Below are positions 20,643 to 31,282 of a DNA stretch of 64,000 bases, one piece after another (positions within the stretch are counted from its first letter, which is position 1; the number at the start of each line of letters is the position of its first letter). The stretch lies in IMG/VR virus record IMGVR_UViG_3300013902_000267. One strand, given 5' to 3'. The stretch comes from a virus (lineage: Duplodnaviria > Heunggongvirae > Uroviricota > Caudoviricetes). A program made the position numbers and the translations under genes. A model generated the notes under the pieces. That model saw only the letters and a list, made by a program, of their open reading frames with translations. It was not told the origin of the DNA and did no database searches.

Positions 20643-21344
20643 TTATTTTGATAAAGTACAATTATTAAAGAAAGTACAATATGATATATTAACTATATCA
20701 TTATATATAATTGTATCAACAAGTTCATCATATCTCAAAAGAGATGCTATGAAATTTTTATTATTCTGAAATTTAACACCTGGTTGCAATATCTTCGTTT
20801 CATAATGCATCCATATATTAACATTATTAAACTTATTTTTTAATATATCTATATACTTATGATAATCATCAAATGTATTAAATACACCTTTAAATAATGT
20901 ATCTATTATGTTAATATCATTGAAATCAACACTATTTAATAAATTTAATTCATCTGTATTACATGTTTCATATATTACATTATTATCTTTATCATATGAT
21001 TTTGTATTATATAAAATAAGTTGTATATCCTTTTCAGTTGTATTAATTATTTTTATATTTCTAACTATCAACGGACATGATATAATATATGATATAGGAC
21101 ATAGTATGCAGTTCTTTTTAATATTACTATCAAATATTAATGTAACACCACCATCTGAATATTCTATATCATCTATATTATGAACAATATTAATGTTTAT
21201 ATTATAATCATTCTTTTGTTTCTTTAATTTCAGTATATCATCTTTCCATCTTTTGAATTCTAATTCTCTTTGTTCATTTAGAACCTTTGAACCAACAGAT
21301 TCATTATTTACTATGTTATCAAATTCTTCGTCAAATAAATTCAT
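20643..21344 (-). CDS. Hypothetical protein
   Basis: 233-aa ORF. Confidence 0.4.
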   Translation of the reverse strand: MNLFDEEFDNIVNNESVGSKVLNEQRELEFKRWKDDILKLKKQKNDYNININIVHNIDDIEYSDGGVTLIFDSNIKKNCILCPISYIISCPLIVRNIKIINTTEKDIQLILYNTKSYDKDNNVIYETCNTDELNLLNSVDFNDINIIDTLFKGVFNTFDDYHKYIDILKNKFNNVNIWMHYETKILQPGVKFQNNKNFIASLLRYDELVDTIIYNDIVNISYCTFFNNCTLSK

Positions 21345-21435
21345 ACCTTTTTAAAATTAATCAATAATTATATAGAAAAATGATGAAAAAGTTATATATT
21401 TTCTTAAAAATATTGATATTTTAACAATAAAAAAT

Positions 21436-21461
21436 GATTCCAGTAGAAGTATACTGGAATC
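21436..21461 (-). terminator. Terminator hairpin (GATTCCAGTA / TACTGGAATC) downstream of nrdD
   Basis: 10-bp perfect stem 30 nt beyond the nrdD stop codon. Confidence 0.5.
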
Positions 21462-21489
21462 ATTAAAATATTAAAATAAAATAGTTAAA

Positions 21490-24400
21490 TTAAATATTTT
21501 CTTTTGGTAAATAAACACGTGTCTTTTGTTCTTTCTGACGTCCATCAGACCAATTCGAAATTTTAGTTAAATCACAATATACCCGAACTTTCATTCTATT
21601 TTAAAGGGGTTAGACTATACCACTAACTTCTTGAGTTACATCTTGGTAGTCGTTGAGGGCTTTTATTTGTTTCGTATCAAATAACTATCCCTGCTGATTA
21701 TCCATTGTTATATCATTAGAATTTTTACACTTTGGTATCTAATGCTTTAGGAACTTCCAGCATATTCGATGTTTGCTATATATGTCACCATATATAGGGG
21801 CATTTAATTAAAAATTTACCCGATTATTCTGTCATATAAACTTACATGAACTGATCCACACTTTGGACATACACTAAATGGTGTCTTTGAAATATATCCA
21901 CAATCTTCACATTTACAATTAGGAACATTAAATGTCCAATATTGACAACCATTCTCTGCCGCAAATTTCATAATGTGAACAATCTGTTTCTTAGACAAGT
22001 GCTCTGACAAATTGAGATGCGCTGCTGAACCACCATCCAAAAAATCTCCAATATAGTTCTTACCATGTAAGGTAATCTTATCAAAGATTGACAATGTTTT
22101 ATCATTTGGTTTGAATATGTAAGACGCATACAGGTTAGTGTCTGTTGGTACCCAATCAACTCTGTTACATGATTACATAATAATTTTAATATTATTGTTG
22201 AATGTAATCTGATTTATTAATATATTCATTTAGATTTATTAAACCTGCATGAATTTTCCTATGACAATTTGAACATACACATACACATTTTTTTATTTCT
22301 TCATATAGTTTTTCTTTACCTCTCCCTCGATGTTTACCTATTGTAAAATCTTTTTCATTTGGATCTATATGATGAAAATCTATACAACATGGTTCATATT
22401 CACTACATATTATACATGGATTCTTTAATGAATATAACCATTCTGTTTTTCTTTTTTGTGAACGCTTATTTTTGTTCATTATGTATTTCAGGATGTGCTT
22501 TTCTCATCTATTTCCTATATAATTTTCTACATTCTTTACATACTGCACGTCCTTTTTCAAACATTTCTATAGACAATTCTTTACCACATTTATTACATAT
22601 TTTTGTTGTCATATATATTAAATTATGTTTTATTATTTATCACCGGAACATGACAAAAATAACATAACCCAATTATATTAATAAACGCTTAATTATTTCT
22701 AATCAAGTCTCTATGTTACCATAGAGTTCGGACTATTGCATAGTTTTGTTTCACAACAAAACTCCTTTTTATTTAGTCTCTCAGGCTGCCCATAACATTG
22801 TTGTTATTGCTTGCCCCTCGTTATCCTTACTACCGGTACCTAAGGTAATAAAATGTAAGGAACTTCGAGTCAATTAAAAAAGGTTTTACATGGACATTGT
22901 TATTGTTGTCTATCCATCTTCAGAATCCCAATTATAATTCTTTATTGCCAAACTTTCAGCTGGTATACATTCAGTATTGAACGTTAACTTATGACCGTTA
23001 AATGTACCTGCAGCTTCTTGATTCTTTTGCTTTATATATCCAAATATTGTTTGACAAAGTTTTTCATAATGAGGATTTACATTACAAGTAATTCCTAAGA
23101 ATTCTGCCATTTGATTAAGACCATTCAAACCAATTGTTAAATATTGCTTATTCAAATTAATAAACCCTGCTTTATATACAGGTAATAATCCTGCGTCATA
23201 CATATCCCAAAGAAGTTCATTATATGCTGTATGATATTTATATACTCTATCAAGAATATTACCAAAATATTCGCACATATCATCATAATGCTCTTCTACA
23301 TTTTCTTTTGTTACTCCAGATTTCTTAACACTGTTAAACCAGTCTTGAGTTATGCGACTAAGATTCAGGGTTATCACACTTTTACTTCCTGTTTGACGTT
23401 TTCTCCATATATTTCTATATGGTCCGGGTCATATCTTATGTTTATTTAAATAATAAACATTGCACTATTTCGGCATTTAAAACGATTCGTTTCCTAAAAC
23501 GTTACTACGTATCAATAGTAGTCCTACTCCACCTGCTCATCACTTAGGGGATGACCTCCACACACATTAATAATTTTTATATGTTCTACCTATTAACATA
23601 TTCCTAAAATTATTCATTAAATAATTTTTATATTTACCGATTTTTAATTCTTCAATAGATTTGCCATTATTATATTGTTCTCTTAAATAAACAACTTCAT
23701 CTTTAGATAACAATGGTAACTTCTATTTACATTTATCAGTTCTAATAGGCATTTTTACATGCATATATGATTTTCCAAATAATATTTTATTAAATCCACT
23801 CCATGAATATAAATTACTATATTCTTTAAAAATATCATCTTCTTTTTCACCATTTACAAAATATCTTATTCTTATGTTTAATACTTCTTCATCAGATAAA
23901 TTCTTAGAATTTGCATGCATATTTCCTCTACGTGTTCTTCGATCTGATTTATAAAAATCATTTACTTTATCTGTATTATATTCTATACCAATTTCAGGTC
24001 TTGTATAATAATGCCAATATTTTGAAAATCCACTTTTTGACATTCTATCTTTATACATTTCATATACTTCTCCAAAAGTATATTTCATAGAATAACGTAT
24101 TTTTCTTAATTCTAATAATTCATTATCATTTAATATTGCTTTGGGATGCTCCTCCCCAACTTTTATTATAGTTGCAGAATGTCCACCCAATGTAGAATTA
24201 TATCCATTATTATAACTATCATATAATTTAATGTAATATATTTCTTTATTATCAGCTTCATCCTAATTAGGAACATTATCTTCTAATATTGAAAAATTTG
24301 ATTCATTAATATTATATTTTCTCATTGCTCTATATAATTTATAATCACTATGTTTCATATCATTTAAATGTTCTCTTACTCTTATATGATAATGATGTGT

Positions 24401-27400
24401 CTACCCAATATATACTTTTCCATTAGGAAATGATATTTTATAAATTGTAAATATTTTATTCATATATTATAAATGTAAAATTATAACATATTTATATTAA
24501 CTTGGCTCGGTATTACCATGCATATAGTTTCACAACTTATGTTTAGGCTTCACCGATGCATTAATATCGCTATATTAATACATTGCTTGATTAGCAATTA
24601 AGCACATAAAGGACCCAAGTTGATCCCTAAATTTCCATTTGTGAAGTTGAATTCCTTTGTTTGTATCTTATTCTTAAGTCTGCAGTTATGTGTTATATTT
24701 CCATTAGGCATTAAGAAATATGGTTCAAGATTCTTATCGCAGAGTTCTACACAATAATAATCTTTTGGTTCATCAAGATTTACAACTTCAACCTTTGTAA
24801 TTTTTCTTATAACAATGTCTTGATCTACATCTTTAAAATCATTTCTAAACATACCCATATATTGTCCATACTCAAAGATAAGTTGATCTCCTGTTTGAAG
24901 CAAATATGCTTGCTTATCTTTAATCATCTTATCATCATCAATAATAGGGAATATATGATCCGGTGTAACTCTCATTACATTTCGTGATTCATCCGGATTA
25001 AAATCGTCTGGAGCGAAATAAATTCTTACTTCTTGAACTGCTTCTGCTTTTACAAACTTAGCATTTACCCATTCACCTGTACATTTACCTGTTGTACCAT
25101 TAAAATTCATATGATATACATTAATAATTTCATCCTTATGCTTTTCATATGCATTTTTAAATGACTCAACCATATATGCGTTTGAACCTGCGTTTTCTTC
25201 CATATTACAAGGTTCTACATACATGAATGGAGTATCACCATCGAAACAACAACTTGATAATGAATCAACTGTATCTGACATATATGTAAAGAATGAATGA
25301 CCTCTTGCATATTCATCCGCCACAAAATCTGCAGATTCCTTATCAAGGAATTCTCCATCCTTATATACTAATGCGAAACTTTCCCATTTATATTCTATAT
25401 AGTTCGTTACACTATATACGTTCATAATAATGAACTGCTTTATGTTACCATAAAGATTAGACTATATCACAATCCTATAAATATAGGATTCTCCCCATTT
25501 CCACTCACTTGAGTGTACTTCCTTTCGGAATAGTCGTTGAACCTTATTATATAAATGAATATTTATGACCATAATATAATCTATTTGCATTTATCGATTT
25601 TACTAATCCTGATATACATGCAGTTCCTCCAATATTTTTAATAACTTCGGACATTGATGAATATATTATATTATTATCTAAACATTTTATTTTCTTTGGA
25701 AACGTTTTTCCCTTCATCGTATTACCAAATGTTTTAATAGAATATAATTCATTCTCTGATTGTGTGCACCATTCTAAATTATCTACTCTATTATCTGATC
25801 TATTACCATTTAAATGATTTACAAATGGTTTATTTTCAGGATTTGGTATAAATTCTTGAGCAACAAGTCTATGACATAAATATCTAGTTTTAATAGAATT
25901 TTGCATTAATGATATTCTTAAATAACCATCTAATGTATATTCTACTTTTAATGGTTTACCTTTATACGGACGTAATCCACCCCATCTACAAGGCACCATT
26001 CTATCTTTACTTCTGAAATTACCTAAATTACTAACTTCAAATGCGCCATCATATCCTGTTATACTTTTCCAAATTTCTTCCATAATATTCTCTTATATAA
26101 TCTTGGTTGCTGATTATCTAATAACTTCGCATATTTATTAGAGTTCCCAGCAGTTAAAGGAGTTTTTCAATAATAAATTACTTTATTATGCCGCAGATTG
26201 ATTTACGGGGAAGGTGATTATCGTACGAAGACGTTCCTTATTAAACCATATCATGAAGTCTTTCTGTAACCATGAAACACTTTCCCAACATGGTCTTGTT
26301 CCTTCTTCATCAGGAAATACAAATTCACCAAACATACCTTCAAAGAACGGTTTATCAAAATAAGAGAAATTTACAACATTTTTTCTTCTACATAAATCGT
26401 TACTTTATGTACGTTACTATTTGTAACTGCTCTATGATTTCCATAGACGATTAACGAATTTCACGTTAAAAGGGTTTGTTTAAACCGTTTAGACTATATC
26501 ACCAAATTTAATTTTCTTAAATTTGCACCTACACTTCCATAACACTTGTTATGTACTCTACTAACTCATTTAAAGTTTTCGATAGTCGTTGAACTTTTAT
26601 CCTTGTAGGATAATTAGCTGCGTATGATTACCCAATCTTTATCGTTTTTACAATCTGATAGCCGTTATACTATCTGCTACTATCTATGTTACCATGATAT
26701 GCTGTAGATAAAGCTCTAAGGGACTTCCCGCAATTCAAGGTGTTTATTAACGTCAGCACATGTAATTTCTCTTATAATTTAATTATTACCAAAATTATGT
26801 ATTTTATACATGTGACAATTTTTACAATATGTTATAAGATTATCTATGTTATTAAGTTCTTTATTTTTTATCGCTAAATTAAATAATTCATCAAAATTAT
26901 CAGTAGGATTTAATTCTGGATGTTCTGATAATAAATTATGAAATAATATTTTAAATGGAACTATATGATGAACTTGAAGATTTTCATGACAACCGCATAG
27001 CTAACAAGTATTATGATCTCTCTCTATAACTTCTGGAACTAATCGATTAAAATATGTTCTTATTTTATTACCTAATCTTGTAGTATCTGTTGTATATGGA
27101 ATATTAGTAATATTTAAACTATTTAATACTCTATTAATTACAGCTATTGTACAATTATATCTCCGTGCCAATTCTGTTTTTGATATTGACTATTCAATAT
27201 ATAAATTATATAATTTTTTATAATCATTAAAATCTTCTGGTATTTCTTTTTTATGATAATTCCACATAGATTCTGCAAAAGTACGTCTTTTAATCCCATT
27301 ATGTTTTAAATGACTTCTTATAGTAGTTGCTGAACAGTTAAATATTTTACCTATTTCTACTGTAGATTTACCATCATTATATAATTTTATTATTTCCTAA

Positions 27401-28901
27401 TCATTTGTATCATCATATTGTTCATAAACTTCATAATTAGTATTTTTTATATTATATTTTTTAAAATATCTATTAATAGTACCTTTATGACATTTATATA
27501 TTTCTGAAATTTCTTTCATTGTTAAACCATTATTAACATAATTTATTAAATCTTCTTTTTTAATTATTAATTTAGATTTTTCAATATTCCATTTTCTTAA
27601 ATATTCTTTAATATTTGCTAATGTTGTATTTCCTTCTTTAGCACACTATTTTCGTGTTAAACCTTTAATAACATAATTTTCATATAACCAATCTCTATCT
27701 TTTGTAAAATATCTATAATTAGACATAATTTCAGATATGTAAAATTACATACAGGATTATGTAATTTTTAATTTATTTTAGTTTATGCTGACTATAATCC
27801 TCTGGAGGCCGCAGGTTGGTTAATTGAATACACGACCTATTGAAAGAATTGTTGAATACATGAACCAATAGTTCTTGTACCATCACCTATCTTAATAGGA
27901 TTCGTAAAATCTTTTATTGAACCTTCAACATCATATTGTGATAATTCTTTCTCATATGCTTCAAGTTCTTCATCTGTTAACTCTCTTTCTGAATTATAAA
28001 CAAGTTCATCACGAAGTTTGTTTAATTCGTCTGAACCAAAATCATGTTTTCTCAATGTATCTACATCTTTACACCAATAATTAGATTCATTAAGAAGTTT
28101 CCTATATTTAGGCCCAATCTTATAAAATTCTTTACTATGCAAATGATAATCTTCACCAAACTCTTTTCTTGCAAAATAATCAAAATAAACAAGAAATTCC
28201 GATGTTGCAACTGCACCTGCAAATTGAGCAGCAACTGCAAATACAAGATTTACATACATACCACAATAAGAATCAAGATTTTGTGGATGACATGAAAGAC
28301 CTCCTATTTTTTCTAAACCATTATGAAGGAATGGATACATAGTTATACTTGTGCAATACGGACTTATGGCACCAGCGAAGCTAGACTCATCGTTCTTATA
28401 TATAATATGGTTTTTTAAATCTTTTTGATATTGTTTTGCTTTAAAATTTGGATATAGTTCTTTAAGTTTCCTTGTAATCATACCTCTGCTTACAAGAATA
28501 TTATCAGCTTTATGAATTTCAGCATTTAATACACCGATATTCTTAGAAGAAACATTAGAATTATCATCTACAGTACTATTTGCAGTATTAGATGCATTCT
28601 TATATCTTTCAATAAATGCTTCCTTATTAGCAACCCATTCTCTAATTTCCTTTTTCTTGTTACGATAAAGAATAAATTCTTTCGCAACTTTAGGATAATC
28701 ATGAGAATACAAACTTGTTTCAATTTGATCCTGTATTTCCTCTACAGGAATACCATCATATGGTGTTATTGAGTTTGCAATATTAGCTATAGTATCTTTA
28801 GTATACTTAGTTTTCGTAGACTTAAACGCCTCACGAATCGCTCGTTTAACTGTCTAAACACTATAGTTCTCAAAACTACCATCACGTTTCGTTACCTTCA
28901 T
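21490..28901 (-). CDS. nrdD: Anaerobic ribonucleoside-triphosphate reductase NrdD, split into about 6 exons by 5 intron-like insertions, with a mini-intein in exon 3. Approximate exons: 28901-27840, 26390-26205, 25425-24601 (includes the intein), 23415-22906, 22165-21819, 21578-21490
   Basis: Exon 1: ATP-cone-like N-terminus 'MKVTKRDGSFENYSV-Q-TVKRAI' and 'SPYCTSITMYPFL'. Exon 2: '...ERLRTIITFPV'. Exon 5: Zn-ribbon 'CEDCGY...CPKCGS' ending '...DRIIG'. Exon 6: 'YCDLTKISNWSDGRQKEQKTRVYLPKENI' completes the RxxGY glycyl-radical motif and resembles E. coli 'WNDGKQ..KDRV'. Intervening segments carry HE ORFs and RNA-like conserved blocks. Confidence 0.7.
21579..21818 (-). mobile_element. Intron 5 of nrdD: small (about 240 nt) ORF-less group I-like intron just after the glycyl-radical Gly codon
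   Basis: Exon 5 stops at TAA immediately after '...DRIIG'. The missing C-terminus resumes about 240 nt downstream in another frame. The intervening sequence has GC-richer structured blocks. I could not find a canonical ending at the 3' splice site. Confidence 0.5.
22166..22905 (-). mobile_element. Intron 4 of nrdD (group I-like), carrying a small HNH endonuclease ORF
   Basis: NrdD reading frames break on both sides. The internal HNH ORF is 22192..22479. Confidence 0.5.
22192..22479 (-). CDS. HNH homing endonuclease (small, 95 aa)
   Basis: 'CIICSEYEPCCIDFHHIDP...CSNCHRKIH' HNH zinc-finger motif. Confidence 0.65.
   Translation of the reverse strand: MNKNKRSQKRKTEWLYSLKNPCIICSEYEPCCIDFHHIDPNEKDFTIGKHRGRGKEKLYEEIKKCVCVCSNCHRKIHAGLINLNEYINKSDYIQQ
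23416..24600 (-). mobile_element. Intron 3 of nrdD (group I-like), carrying a GIY-YIG homing endonuclease
   Basis: Exon 3 ends '...GINLGPLCA' at TAA 24598. Exon 4 resumes after an in-frame TGA near 23415. Confidence 0.5.
23567..24463 (-). CDS. GIY-YIG homing endonuclease; TAG-recoded (3 TAG)
   Basis: 'IYKISFPNGKVYIG-Q-T' GIY-YIG motif with TAG at the conserved Gln. Continuous 299-codon frame from ATG (rc of 24461-24463) to TAA. Contains the track fragment 23723..24190. Confidence 0.7.
24685..25083 (-). other. Mini-intein (about 133 aa, no endonuclease domain) inside nrdD exon 3
   Basis: Begins 'CTGEWVN...'. Block B 'RVTPDHIF' (T-x-x-H). C-terminal 'YYCVELCDKNLEPYFLMPNGNITHN' followed by the extein Cys. 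Confidence 0.6.
25426..26204 (-). mobile_element. Intron 2 of nrdD (group I-like), carrying an HNH endonuclease
   Basis: Shares conserved blocks (TATGTTACCAT, GACTATA, TAGTCGTTGAAC) with the other nrdD introns. Confidence 0.5.
25547..26083 (-). CDS. HNH homing endonuclease (HNH_3 type, 178 aa)
   Basis: 'FEVSNLGNFRS' NUMOD-like N-terminus. 'HRLVAQEFIPNPENKPFVNHLNGNRSDNRVDNLEW' HNH_3 signature. Confidence 0.7.
   Translation of the reverse strand: MEEIWKSITGYDGAFEVSNLGNFRSKDRMVPCRWGGLRPYKGKPLKVEYTLDGYLRISLMQNSIKTRYLCHRLVAQEFIPNPENKPFVNHLNGNRSDNRVDNLEWCTQSENELYSIKTFGNTMKGKTFPKKIKCLDNNIIYSSMSEVIKNIGGTACISGLVKSINANRLYYGHKYSFI
26391..27839 (-). mobile_element. Intron 1 of nrdD (group I-like), carrying an HNH endonuclease with HTH repeats
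   Basis: Structured GC-richer 5' part (CTGGAGGCCGCAGGTTGG). 3' part has the conserved GTTTAGACTATATCACC and TAGTCGTTGAAC blocks. Confidence 0.5.
26779..27726 (-). CDS. HNH homing endonuclease with repeated HTH (NUMOD1-like) modules; TAG-recoded (4 TAG)
   Basis: C-terminal 'CQLCGCHENLQVHHIVP...CKNCH' HNH motif. Three '...KEISEIYKCHKGTINRY...' HTH-like repeats. 316-codon frame, invisible to the ORF track. Confidence 0.6.
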
Positions 28902-29038
28902 ACTTAGTTTTCTTTCTATTTTATTTTTGGTAAAATATTTATTCTCGACTATGAGAATTTTTCAAAATATTATTTTATATATTATATAAAAAAATGCAAA
29001 TGAAGTCTTATAACAAACATCATTTGCATTAAAATATT

Positions 29039-29758
29039 TTAATTATTTTTAAAAATTTTTTCTTTCCAATAATTAAAGTCAATATCTTTGATTTGATATT
29101 GAATTAAATTTCCAGTTAATACATCAGAAAGTTTTACAGGTTTATAATCATTTCCATCAACACCAACATCATATGTCATTGCTTTTTCTTTTAATTTCTT
29201 AGCAATATTTGCATCTGTACCTGTATATGTTTCAACATTCTTTGGTGTATGCAGATGTCCATGTATATTGAACTTTCCTAAAAATTGACCATCACAATGT
29301 GGATAATGTGAAACTGTAAATTGAAGAATTATTTTATCTTTATAATCGTCATATATTTGTACAATAAGTTCTGTACTCCAATATACTTTACTATTCTCAT
29401 TATATGGCATCATATTCCTTCTTTGCAATACATTCTTTACATCATGATTTCCAATAATATTATAAATCTTTTCAGCATTAATATTATTAACCATTTCATC
29501 ATATGTACTTACATTACTAAATATAAAATCACCACAATTTATAAGTATTGGATTAACGCATTCAGATAAAGTTTCATTAAGATTATCAAATAAAACTTTA
29601 TTCATTTCTTGTACATCTTTAAATGGTCGATTACAATATTTTATTATATTTGCATGATTTGCATGTATATCACTAGTAAAAAATATTCTATTTATATCAG
29701 ATACTTTAAACTTTAATATATGCGGCCCCATTACTACTGTTTTCTTTTCTTGCTTCAT
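29039..29758 (-). CDS. Calcineurin-like metallophosphoesterase
   Basis: 'FFTSDIHANH', 'NCGDF', 'GNHD', 'GHLH' motifs. Confidence 0.6.
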   Translation of the reverse strand: MKQEKKTVVMGPHILKFKVSDINRIFFTSDIHANHANIIKYCNRPFKDVQEMNKVLFDNLNETLSECVNPILINCGDFIFSNVSTYDEMVNNINAEKIYNIIGNHDVKNVLQRRNMMPYNENSKVYWSTELIVQIYDDYKDKIILQFTVSHYPHCDGQFLGKFNIHGHLHTPKNVETYTGTDANIAKKLKEKAMTYDVGVDGNDYKPVKLSDVLTGNLIQYQIKDIDFNYWKEKIFKNN

Positions 29759-29761
29759 TAT

Positions 29762-30016
29762 TTACCAAAATCCCCTTTTATAATCTTCATATTCTACATA
29801 ACATCTTTCTACATTCCTAAATAGAATTTTAAAATAACGTGGAAGTTCATCATACATTAATGCTAAACATTGATCTACACTTAATGGATCAACTATATAT
29901 TCATGTCCAGATAATTCCCAACATTTAGTTATAAGTTTTGCTTCACTTTCAACATAATCACACATAAATGGAGCAATCCATATATTACCAGAGTTCTTAA
30001 TTGTTACAATTCTCAT
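29762..30016 (-). CDS. Hypothetical protein
   Basis: 84-aa ORF in a tightly packed minus-strand operon. Confidence 0.35.
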   Translation of the reverse strand: MRIVTIKNSGNIWIAPFMCDYVESEAKLITKCWELSGHEYIVDPLSVDQCLALMYDELPRYFKILFRNVERCYVEYEDYKRGFW

Positions 30017-30018
30017 TA

Positions 30019-30822
30019 TTACATATTTCTAAATGAAGTTTTTGGATCAAAACCTGCATTTATAATTTTTGTTTTATTATCAGGTAAGCATTCAGGTTCT
30101 TTCTTTGTTTCCCAAAGAAAATTCTCTATATCTATATAAACATTCTGTTCATTCGTTATTCTACTTCTATTTGAACCTAATACATCAAACTTTTGTTTTA
30201 CAAATATAGGATTAATTGTTAATCCTGCATTACCATCAAGATAGTGAGAAATATCATCTGATTCATTAGCATACATAAAAGTAGGTGATTCAAGCTTTCT
30301 GAATATATCTGGATTCTCTATTTTCCAACTTTGTTTTTCAAATTCAAATTTAGGAATATACCACCTACTATTTCTATCATACAATTTATCAATATGAAGC
30401 TTTTCTCTTAATCCATTTTTCTTACAATATTCATCAAATTTACATTGGACCTTATTATAAATTTTATCCCACAAATTCTTATCATGTACATATTCTTCAG
30501 CAACTGGTATAGGATTTAATTCAATAGGGACATATGTATTTCTTGTAATTTTATGCATAATTACATAAAATGGACATATATAGATATAAGGATAAAATCC
30601 ACATACAATAGATTCCATCCATGCTACATAATCTTCTTTAAATCCATATGTATGAAAATAAAGATGTCCATAATCATGAATTTCCTTTATAATAGATTTA
30701 TATTTTTTATCATCTTTATCTATTTGTATAGGATTACGTACATAGGTAATACTTTCATCTGGTTTACCAAGAATAAATCCAAATGAATCATAAAAATCCT
30801 TATATTTTGATACTATTTTCAT
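30019..30822 (-). CDS. Hypothetical protein
   Basis: 267-aa ORF. Confidence 0.4.
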   Translation of the reverse strand: MKIVSKYKDFYDSFGFILGKPDESITYVRNPIQIDKDDKKYKSIIKEIHDYGHLYFHTYGFKEDYVAWMESIVCGFYPYIYICPFYVIMHKITRNTYVPIELNPIPVAEEYVHDKNLWDKIYNKVQCKFDEYCKKNGLREKLHIDKLYDRNSRWYIPKFEFEKQSWKIENPDIFRKLESPTFMYANESDDISHYLDGNAGLTINPIFVKQKFDVLGSNRSRITNEQNVYIDIENFLWETKKEPECLPDNKTKIINAGFDPKTSFRNM

Positions 30823-30827
30823 AATGA

Positions 30828-31280
30828 TTAAACTTTCATTTCTTTGTTAGATTCTGCAATATAAAGTTTCATATGTGTAAATATCATATATCCCCTATAT
30901 ACAGTATCTAAATTTTCATTTTCGTAAAAATGCTTTACTGCATTCTTCCTTTGTTCTTCACGTATTTCATCTATTCCTCTCCATTGAGATTCAGACCTAT
31001 ATGTATATTCATTAAATTTAAATCCATATGAATATTGTTCATATAAATCATTATTTAGTTTTCGAACGTGATTATATATATTTTCCCAAAGTTTCTTATC
31101 TATCCGTTTATTTGCATTCATAAAAAGATAAATCATGTCATAATTATCTTCTATATATGTAGCAAATGTTTCTTTAATATATGGCTGAAATTCTTCATAT
31201 GGATGATGTTTCTTTGGACGACCTCGTTTTCTTTTAACCGGTTGTTCAATAATTTCTTCAGTATCTTTAATTTCTTCCAT
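30828..31280 (-). CDS. Hypothetical protein with an AT-hook-like basic N-terminus (KRKRGRPKK)
   Basis: 150-aa ORF. Possible DNA-binding protein. Confidence 0.4.
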   Translation of the reverse strand: MEEIKDTEEIIEQPVKRKRGRPKKHHPYEEFQPYIKETFATYIEDNYDMIYLFMNANKRIDKKLWENIYNHVRKLNNDLYEQYSYGFKFNEYTYRSESQWRGIDEIREEQRKNAVKHFYENENLDTVYRGYMIFTHMKLYIAESNKEMKV

Positions 31281-31282
31281 TT

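Noticed and set aside
21816-22094. Taking '...DRIIG*' as the genuine C-terminus of NrdD
   Set aside because: It truncates the indispensable RxxGY glycyl-radical motif. The missing NrdD-like C-terminus (YCDLTKISNWSDGRQ...) is found about 240 nt downstream.
24685-25083. Treating the 133-aa insert in exon 3 as native NrdD sequence
   Set aside because: Cys1, the TxxH block and the terminal ...HN followed by Cys are the hallmark Hint and intein splice-junction residues. NrdD homologs are collinear without it, as judged from remembered alignments.
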